Origin: Vicinamibacterales bacterium
GTDB lineage: Bacteria; Acidobacteriota; Vicinamibacteria; Vicinamibacterales; JAMQPK01
Length of the DNA stretch: 64,000 nucleotides
Assembly: GCA_963762055.1 (NCBI GenBank)
Contig: CAVXJF010000007.1
Coordinates: 71,452 to 135,451, forward strand
Direction of reading: 5' to 3'
Of the stretch, positions 1 to 7,324 are shown piece by piece. A program made the position numbers and the translations under genes. The notes under the pieces are model-generated. The model searched no databases. It worked only from the letters and a program-made list of their open reading frames with translations, and was not told the DNA's origin. Position 1 is the stretch's first letter. Every line of letters begins with the position of its first letter.

Positions 1-384
1 CGGTACGCGTATACCGCCTTCGCGCGCGACGTGGCGCGCGGCGTCGATCGCCGGTGGGTGCGCGATCTCTACAGCTTCGCGGTGCGGCCAGACCTGGCGC
101 TGTACTTCCGTGTGCCGATCGATGTGTCGCTCGATCGCCTGATGGCGCGCCGGGTGAAGCTCAAATTCTACGAAGCCGGCATGGACATGGGGTGGAGCCT
201 GAACGCGCAGGAGAGCTTCCGCATCTTTCAGGGCAAGGTGCTGGAAGAATACGACCGGCTGGTGGACGAATTCGGCCTGAGCGTGATCGACGCATCGCTC
301 GCCATCACCGACCAGCAGCAGATGGTGCGGAACCTCGTGTCGAGGCAGCTCGAGAAACCCACGCTGGAGGCGGTGAATCAGTGA
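1..384 (+). CDS. thymidylate kinase-like protein, C-terminal fragment (5' end outside window)
   Basis: Frame 1 is open from base 1 to TGA 382-384. The tail (RYAYTAFARDVARGVDRRWVRDLY...FRVPIDVSLDRL) is clearly paralogous to the C-terminal half of the next ORF. Confidence 0.6.
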   Translation, partial: RYAYTAFARDVARGVDRRWVRDLYSFAVRPDLALYFRVPIDVSLDRLMARRVKLKFYEAGMDMGWSLNAQESFRIFQGKVLEEYDRLVDEFGLSVIDASLAITDQQQMVRNLVSRQLEKPTLEAVNQ

Positions 385-1214
385 CGCCAGATAAAGAGCA
401 GAAAGCCGAGAGCAAAGAGCAAAAGGGCGAGAGCAAAGAGCACAAGCCCGACCAGAACCCGCCGTTCGGCGCCAACGGAGGGATCCAGCCCGGAGGCTAC
501 TACGGACACGGCCTCCCCTACGCGCCGATCGATCACTACCCGGGCAAGATCATCGCCATCGAAGGCACTGACGGCGTGGGACGCAGCACCCAGATTCGGC
601 TGCTCCGCGAGTGGCTCGAAGTGCAGGGGTACGGTGTCGTCGAAACGGGTTGGACACGGTCGGCGCTGATGCAGCCGACCATCGAGCTCGCCAAGTCGAG
701 CAATACCCTTAACAAACTCACGTTCGTGCTCCTCTACGCCACCGATTTCGCTGACCGCCTGGAAAAGGAAATCCTGCCGGCACTCAAAGCAGGATTCGTC
801 GTGTTGTCGGATCGCTACATCTTTTCGGCCCTCGCGCGGGCGGGCGTCCGCGGAGTGGATCGGGCCTGGCTTCGCAGCTTATACGGCTTCGCCATCGCGC
901 CCCACCTGGTGTTCTATCTCAAAATCGACGTGGATACGTTGATCCGGCGGGTGCTTTCGGCTCGCGGGATGGACTTCTGGGAATCGGGGATGGACCTGAA
1001 GGGCGGCGACGATATCTACGACAGCTTCCGTTCCTATCAGAACAAGCTGCTGCGCGAATATGGGTCGATGGCCGAGGAGTTCGGGTTCCGCGTGCTGGAC
1101 GCCCGGAGGCCCGTGGAGATGCTCCAGGAGGATCTGCGCCGTCAGGTTCAGGCGTTTCTGTCCAATTCGGATATCACTACGGACAACCTGCCGACCTCTG
1201 TAACACGGTGTTAA
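381..1214 (+). CDS. thymidylate kinase-like protein with atypical P-loop (Lys replaced by Arg)
   Basis: GTG 381 overlaps the upstream stop (GTGA). It has a P-loop-like IAIEGTDGVGRSTQ and an LSDRYIFS motif as in dTMP kinases. The first ~25 codons are a Lys/Glu-rich tract encoded by a 21-bp-period repeat. The ORF-track start at 54 lies inside the previous gene in another frame. Confidence 0.6.
   Translation: MTPDKEQKAESKEQKGESKEHKPDQNPPFGANGGIQPGGYYGHGLPYAPIDHYPGKIIAIEGTDGVGRSTQIRLLREWLEVQGYGVVETGWTRSALMQPTIELAKSSNTLNKLTFVLLYATDFADRLEKEILPALKAGFVVLSDRYIFSALARAGVRGVDRAWLRSLYGFAIAPHLVFYLKIDVDTLIRRVLSARGMDFWESGMDLKGGDDIYDSFRSYQNKLLREYGSMAEEFGFRVLDARRPVEMLQEDLRRQVQAFLSNSDITTDNLPTSVTRC
408..442 (+). 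repeat. direct repeat GAGAGCAAAGAGCA x2 (21-bp period) inside the 5' end of the second Tmk-like ORF
   Basis: An exact 14-mer occurs at 408-421 and 429-442, encoding ESKEQKG/ESKEHKP directly after the stop/start overlap. Confidence 0.8.
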
Positions 1215-1361
1215 CACGTGCAATATAAAGTACAGAGGCGTGGCTGAATCCCTGACGACCGCTCCCCAGCTGTCCAAACTCCCGTCCCGAACGAGCGAAT
1301 TGAAGGAGACACCGCTCAAGATCAGGGCTGAAAACTGAACTTCTATTACGGCGACGTCCAG

Positions 1362-2066
1362 GTGCTGCACGAAATCTCGATAAGTCTCCGTTCGAACCAG
1401 GTGTCGGCATTCATCGGTCCGTCGGGGTGCGGCAAAAGCACGTTCCTCCGAACGCTCAACCGGATGAACGACATCATTCCGGGCATGCGCGTCGAAGGGA
1501 AGATCCTGATCGACGATCGCAATATCTATCAGGGAGGCACGGACGTCGTCGACCTGCGGCGCCGCGTCGGGATGGTGTTTCAGAAATCGAACCCGTTTCC
1601 GAAGTCGATTTTCGAAAACGTGGCCTACGGCATCCGCATCAACGGCATGGCGCGCGATCGCAGCGACCTGACCGAACGCGTCGAGCAGAGCCTTCAGCAC
1701 GCCGCGCTGTGGGATGAGGTCAAAGATCGGCTGCACGCATCGGCGCTCGCCTTGTCCGGCGGTCAGCAGCAGCGGCTCTGCATCGCCCGCGCCCTGGCCG
1801 TGCGCCCCGAGATTCTGCTGATGGACGAACCGGCATCCGCCCTCGATCCGATCGCGACGCAGCGCATCGAAGAGCTGATCTACGATTTGAAGAAGAATTA
1901 CACCATCGTGATCGTCACGCACAACATGCAGCAGGCGGCGCGGGTATCCGACTATACGGCGTTTTTCTGGCTGGGCAAGCTCGTCGAGTTCGGCCGCACC
2001 GAGCAGATCTTCACGACGCCGAAAGAAAAATTGACGGAAGACTACATCACTGGACGATTTGGCTAA
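1362..2066 (+). CDS. pstB: phosphate ABC transporter ATP-binding protein PstB (N-terminus displaced by a 1-nt frameshift)
   Basis: Walker [10 protein letters not shown], signature LSGGQQQRL, Walker B LLMDEP and PstB-type C-terminus [10 protein letters not shown] are present. The conserved N-terminal strand is split: PLKIRAEN* is in one frame (from TTG 1300 or GTG 1240) and KLNFYYG is in the main frame, joined at 1330-1338. Confidence 0.85.
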   Translation: MLHEISISLRSNQVSAFIGPSGCGKSTFLRTLNRMNDIIPGMRVEGKILIDDRNIYQGGTDVVDLRRRVGMVFQKSNPFPKSIFENVAYGIRINGMARDRSDLTERVEQSLQHAALWDEVKDRLHASALALSGGQQQRLCIARALAVRPEILLMDEPASALDPIATQRIEELIYDLKKNYTIVIVTHNMQQAARVSDYTAFFWLGKLVEFGRTEQIFTTPKEKLTEDYITGRFG

Positions 2067-2189
2067 TGGAACGTTCCCATTTTCAGCAAGAGCTCGGCGG
2101 GTTGAAAGAACGGCTGCTCGCGATGGGCGGCCTGGCCGAAGACCGCGTCCGCACCGCGATGCAGGGCCTCGTCGATCGCGACGGCGAAC

Positions 2190-2741
2190 TTGATCGACGA
2201 AGTGCTCAACGGCGACATGCCCTTGAACGAGCTCCACATCGAGATCGACGACCAGTGCCTGAAGCTGCTGGCGCTGCACTCGCCGATGGCGGCGGACCTC
2301 CGGGCGGTGATGGCGGCCATCAAGATCAACAGCGATCTCGAGCGGGTCGGCGACATGGCGGTCAACATCGGCGAGGCCGCCCGCCGGTACGCCTCGCATC
2401 CTCCGGTCAAGAAACTGATCGACATCCCGCGGATGGCCACGACGGCCCAGAGCATGTTGCGCGATGCGCTCGACTCCTACGTACGCGGCGACATGCAGCT
2501 CGCCCAGCAGGTGCTGGACGAAGACGACGCGCTGGACTCGCTGAAGACGCAGGTGTTCCGCGAGCTGCTGACGTATATGCTGTCCGATCCCGCGACCATC
2601 GAGCCGGCCCTCGACCTCATCCTGATTTCACGCCACCTCGAGCGCGTCGGCGACCATGCGACGAACATCGCCGAGGACGTCATCTTCATGGTGTCGGGGC
2701 GCGACGTCCGCCACCACGCGGGCGTGGATCATCAAAGCTAG
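2190..2741 (+). CDS. phoU: phosphate signalling regulator PhoU (N-terminal ~41 codons in another frame from ATG 2066)
   Basis: Two PhoU repeats are present (SDLERVGDMAVN, RHLERVGDHATN). [22 protein letters not shown]...DRDGEL is read from ATG 2066 (TAATG overlap with pstB) and joins LIDEVLNGD at about 2190 across a 1-nt frameshift. Confidence 0.85.
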   Translation: MIDEVLNGDMPLNELHIEIDDQCLKLLALHSPMAADLRAVMAAIKINSDLERVGDMAVNIGEAARRYASHPPVKKLIDIPRMATTAQSMLRDALDSYVRGDMQLAQQVLDEDDALDSLKTQVFRELLTYMLSDPATIEPALDLILISRHLERVGDHATNIAEDVIFMVSGRDVRHHAGVDHQS

Positions 2742-2812
2742 CCAGTAGCCGCTAGCCAATAGCCATTAGTCCTGAGGCTGGTAGCAGTCCCGCCGGTAGC
2801 CACTAGCCTTAC
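2739..2812 (+). repeat. TAGCC-word spacer starting with the phoU stop codon
   Basis: Sequence is tagccagtagccgctagccaatagccattagtcc...ggtagccactagcc. The 12-mer TAGCCAGTAGCC recurs at 31461 and 35364, and TAGCCAATAGCC recurs inverted at 28397. Confidence 0.85.
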
Positions 2813-2828
2813 AGTAGAATGTCGTTTT

Positions 2829-3005
2829 GTGCCTGCGCGTGTCTGCGTCTTTTGTCGCCGCGAGCCCGCACAAGCGCCCTGGGTTCCTTTCTGCAGCGAG
2901 CGGTGCAAGCTTCAGGATCTTGCCCGGTGGGTGGACGGCCGCTATCGCGTGCCGGCGGAGCCGGTTCAGCAGGATACGGACGATCACGAGGATTCTGAGG
3001 AATAG
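2829..3005 (+). CDS. yacG: YacG-like zinc-ribbon protein (58 aa, below the ORF-track cutoff)
   Basis: From GTG 2829 to TAG 3003-3005 it reads [58 protein letters not shown]. CxxC plus PFCSxRCxxxDLxxW and an acidic tail match the YacG family as I recall it. Confidence 0.6.
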   Translation: MPARVCVFCRREPAQAPWVPFCSERCKLQDLARWVDGRYRVPAEPVQQDTDDHEDSEE

Positions 3006-3034
3006 CCGGGAGCCGGAGGCCGACGCCACAACAC

Positions 3035-4314
<1,280 letters not shown>

Positions 4315-4315
<1 letters not shown>

Positions 4316-5280
4316 TGCCCCATAGGTTCGGGTTCGGGTTCCAGGGTTCCGGGTTCCAGGTTCTGGTTCCTGGTTCCGGGTTCTGGGTTCCCTGGCTGCA
4401 GCATTCGCTCTTTGCTCTCTGCCATTCTGCTCTGTCAGCGCAGAAGGAGAAGCCGGCGCCGCCCGCCTTCGACAGCTCCCGCGCGTACGAACATCTCCGG
4501 CAGATCGTCAACATCGGCCCGCGGCCCGCGGGCTCGCCCGGCATCGCCCGCTCGCGCGCCTACATCACCGAGCAGCTGAAAGCGGCAGGCGTATCGGTGG
4601 CCGAACAAAGCTTCGTCGCCAGGACGCCGATCGGCGACATCGCGATGGTCAATCTCGTCGCGACCATTCCGGGCGCGCGCAAGGAGCGCATCGCGATCGC
4701 CGGGCATTACGACACGAAGCTCTTCCGCGAATTTCGCTTCGTCGGGGCCAACGACGGCGGCTCGAGCACGGCGTTCCTCATCGAGCTCGCGCGGGTGATC
4801 AAGGGGCGCGCAAATCCCTTCACGGTTGAGTTGATTTTCTTCGACGGCGAAGAGGCGACGCTGCGCGACTGGGGGCCGGGCGACCACACCTACGGCAGCC
4901 AGCACTACGTCGATCAGGCGCGCAAGGCCGGCACGCTCGCCGGGCTCAAAACGCTGATCCTGGTCGACATGATCGGCGAGCGTTCGCAGCAGTTCATGCG
5001 GGAGGCGAGATCGACGAGGTGGCTCACCGACGTCATCTGGTCCACCGCGCAGAAGATGGGACACCGCACGATCTTCGTCAACGCGGAGACGCCTATCGAG
5101 GACGACCACGTGCCCTTCCTCGATGCAGGCGTCCCGGCGGTGGACATCATCGACCTCGACTACGCCGCCTGGCACACGCCGGCCGACACCCTCGAACAGG
5201 TTTCAGCGCGCAGTCTGCAGGTCGTCGGGGATGTCGTGCTCGCGTCGCTGCCCGCGATCGAAGCCCGCCTCGCCCGGTAA
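4315..5280 (+). CDS. M28 family peptidase (glutaminyl-cyclase-like)
   Basis: Motifs GHYDTK, GANDGGSSTAFLIELARV, FFDGEEA, LVDMIGE and DDHVPF are present. ATG 4315 overlaps the gltA TAA (TAATG). The first ~25 codons are the GGTTCC repeat, and no other canonical start lies downstream. Confidence 0.75.
4325..4392 (+). repeat. GGTTCC/GGTTCT hexamer-word tract
   Basis: Sequence is ggttcgggttcgggttccagggttccgggttccaggttctggttcctggttccgggttctgggttcc. The reverse-complement family occurs at 24713-24775 and 33676-33711, and the same-sense family occurs on the minus strand at 13361-13403. Confidence 0.9.
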
Positions 5281-5298
5281 AATCAATTCTTAAGCAGG

Positions 5299-5364
5299 AG
5301 TTTAGGAGACTAGGAGTTTGGAAGTTCTTTCTTCATAAGAAATTCCTCCTAATCTCCCAATCTC
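5299..5364. terminator. long imperfect hairpin built from AGGAG / CTCCT words between convergent genes
   Basis: The left arm gagtttaggagactaggagtttggaag pairs with the right arm attcctcctaatctcccaatctc. The right arm also encodes the C-terminus of the minus-strand zinc-ribbon ORF. Confidence 0.4.
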
Positions 5365-5565
5365 ATGTTCGTCTTTAGATTCGGCGAAGAGGTACGCGAC
5401 CAGCCCTATCAACACGATGATCGCAAACACGAGGTAAACGATCAGCGGACGCTTGCGCTTCGGCGCGACGTACGGCTTGTGCACCGGCTCTTGCACCGAT
5501 GCGCCGCAACGAAAACAGATCAACGCCTTGTCGGCGATTTCGGTCCCACATTCTCGGCACTTCAT
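5302..5565 (-). CDS. zinc-ribbon membrane protein
   Basis: MKCRECGTEIADKALICFRCGASV (CxxC...CxxC) is followed by one hydrophobic helix (LIVYLVFAIIVLIGLVAYLF). Confidence 0.55.
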   Translation of the reverse strand: MKCRECGTEIADKALICFRCGASVQEPVHKPYVAPKRKRPLIVYLVFAIIVLIGLVAYLFAESKDEHEIGRLGGISYEERTSKLLVS

Positions 5566-5604
5566 ACGCGATACGGGCTGGGATTATATGTCACAATCCA
5601 GCGC

Positions 5605-6264
5605 ATGATTCCGCTGCGCGACGTCATTCCGTCGCGGACCTTTCCGATTTTCACGGTCACCTTCATCGCTCTCAACACCATCGCCTTCATCTTCGATCGC
5701 ACGCTGTCGGAGCGCGGCCGTGAGGCGCTGGTGTTCACCTACGGCGTCGTCCCCGCTCGGCTCGATCTGGTTGCGATCTTTACGTCGATGTTCCTCCACG
5801 GCGGCTGGCTTCACTTTCTCGGCAACATGCTCTACCTCTGGATTTTTGGCGACAACGTCGAAGATCGCCTCGGGCATCTGCGCTTCGTGGTGTTCTATCT
5901 CGTCTGCGGCGCCGCCGCGGTGCTCGCCCACGTGTGGATGAATCCCGCTTCGATGATTCCCACCATCGGAGCCAGCGGTGCAATCGCCGGCGTGATGGGG
6001 GCGTATTTCGTGCTCTATCCGCACTCGCGCGTGCTTGCGCTCGTGCCGCTTTTCATCATCTGGGAAGTGCTCGAGGTGCCCGCGATCATCTTCCTCGGCC
6101 TCTGGTTCCTCATGCAGTTCTTCATGGGCGTCGGAGGACTCGCGACACAGTCAGGGGCGGAAACAGGCGGCGTCGCGTTCTGGGCGCACGTCGCGGGGTT
6201 CGTCGTGGGAATGGCCGCGGTGCTGGTGATGCGGAAACCCTCACGCACACGCTGGGCCGCATAA
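5605..6264 (+). CDS. rhomboid family intramembrane serine protease
   Basis: From ATG 5605 the motifs HGGWLHFLGNMLYLWIFGDNVEDRLG and GASGAIAGVMGAY are present. The ORF-track start at 5365 overlaps the opposite-strand gene. Confidence 0.85.
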   Translation: MIPLRDVIPSRTFPIFTVTFIALNTIAFIFDRTLSERGREALVFTYGVVPARLDLVAIFTSMFLHGGWLHFLGNMLYLWIFGDNVEDRLGHLRFVVFYLVCGAAAVLAHVWMNPASMIPTIGASGAIAGVMGAYFVLYPHSRVLALVPLFIIWEVLEVPAIIFLGLWFLMQFFMGVGGLATQSGAETGGVAFWAHVAGFVVGMAAVLVMRKPSRTRWAA

Positions 6265-6270
6265 GCAATT

Positions 6271-6352
6271 CAACCACAGAGAACACAGAGGTCCACAGAG
6301 AAGAGAATTCCTCTTTCAAAGAACTCTGTGCGTCTCTGCGTCCTCTGTGGTT
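6271..6352. terminator. ~80-nt imperfect hairpin of CACAGAG / CTCTGTG words between convergent genes
   Basis: ccacagagaacacagaggtccacagag pairs with ctctgtgcgtctctgcgtcctctgtgg (27 positions: 3 mismatches, 2 G-U). There is an inner aagag/ctctt stem. Confidence 0.55.
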
Positions 6353-6361
6353 AAAAAGTAT

Positions 6362-7324
6362 CTATTTCGTGGATCGGATCTGGGCGGAAACTTTGGCGAG
6401 TTCGATCGCCAGGCGTTCGAACTCTTCCTCGTACTGACCGGCCGGCATCTGCCCCTTGCGCGCCTTCAACTGCTCGATTTCAGCTTCGATCTCAATGCGC
6501 CGCTTGTCGAGCCCGGCCAGAGCGGCGTTGCCGGACGCCGCGGCGGCAGAAGGGTCGAGAAACGTCGTCCGTGCCAGTACTCCATCGGCGCCGGTGGCGG
6601 TCGCTTCTTTACCTTTCCCGTCGCCGTCGTCATCCATAATCGCCCGCTCGGTGACGAGCGTGCCCTTCTGATCGAAATCCTGCTTCACCGCCTGGCTGGC
6701 ATAGCTGAACGCTTCCCACACCGAGAGCCGGCCGTTCTTGTCGTTGTCGGCCTTCTCTCCCTCCTCCAGCGCCTGAACGAAATATTGCGGGAACACCGTT
6801 GCGTACTTCTGAGCGGCGGAATCGGTCGCGGAAATGACGATGCGGTTCTTGCCGGAGAGTACAGAGACGAACGGAAAGCTCGAGCTCGTCGTGTTCACGA
6901 AGACGAGCCGGGCGGCATTGCCATCGAGCGCTGCCTTCCATTCACTGGCGTCCATGTCCGGCCCGACGAGGTTGAACTTGGCGGCGGTTCCATCGAATGT
7001 GCCATGCCCTATCAGGACGACCAGGAGCGTATCTTCGGCCGTCAGGCGCGACTTGAGCTGGGCCAGCGTTTTCGTCACGCTGTCTCGATTCGCAACCGTC
7101 GTACCTTTCTCGGTGAGAACGGTGATGCGCTCTGTCGCGAACCCCATCCGTTTCTCGAGCGCGGATTGCAGCGACGCAACCAGCGCCTTCTGAGTGTCTG
7201 CGAACTTGTCGCCGCCCGACACTCCGGAAACGATGAGCGCATACCGCTCCTCCGCCAGAACGCCGGCAGGCAGCACGAAGAGTGTCAACAGCGCCAGCGC
7301 GGACAGGAAGACGCCGCGGCGCAT
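6362..7324 (-). CDS. secreted legumain/caspase-fold (C13-like) protein lacking the catalytic Cys, with an EF-hand loop
   Basis: It has a signal peptide and a His-Gly dyad (LLVVLIGHG), but VNTTSSSF sits where the Cys is expected. DNDKNGRLSVWE is a perfect 12-residue EF-hand loop. The C-terminus is a coiled coil. Confidence 0.5.
   Translation of the reverse strand: MRRGVFLSALALLTLFVLPAGVLAEERYALIVSGVSGGDKFADTQKALVASLQSALEKRMGFATERITVLTEKGTTVANRDSVTKTLAQLKSRLTAEDTLLVVLIGHGTFDGTAAKFNLVGPDMDASEWKAALDGNAARLVFVNTTSSSFPFVSVLSGKNRIVISATDSAAQKYATVFPQYFVQALEEGEKADNDKNGRLSVWEAFSYASQAVKQDFDQKGTLVTERAIMDDDGDGKGKEATATGADGVLARTTFLDPSAAAASGNAALAGLDKRRIEIEAEIEQLKARKGQMPAGQYEEEFERLAIELAKVSAQIRSTK

Noticed and set aside
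54-380. The N-terminal 109 codons of the ORF-track entry 54-1214.
   Set aside because: They overlap the preceding Tmk-like gene in another frame and translate to Arg/Gly/Pro-rich sequence. The homologous part starts at GTG 381, which overlaps the upstream stop.
879-2399. Very long ORFs antisense to clearly homologous genes: 879-2399 (506 aa), 7282-9267 (661 aa), 33675-35147 (490 aa), 51498-52808 (436 aa), 53020-54552 (510 aa), 55125-56936 (603 aa) and 57024-58379 (451 aa).
   Set aside because: They are Arg/Ala/Gly/Pro-rich translations with no motifs, and each lies opposite a gene with unambiguous family signatures. Open antisense frames are expected in GC-rich DNA because stop codons are AT-rich.
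5365-5604. The N-terminal 80 codons of the ORF-track entry 5365-6264.
   Set aside because: They overlap the minus-strand zinc-ribbon gene. The rhomboid homology and first TM helix begin at ATG 5605.
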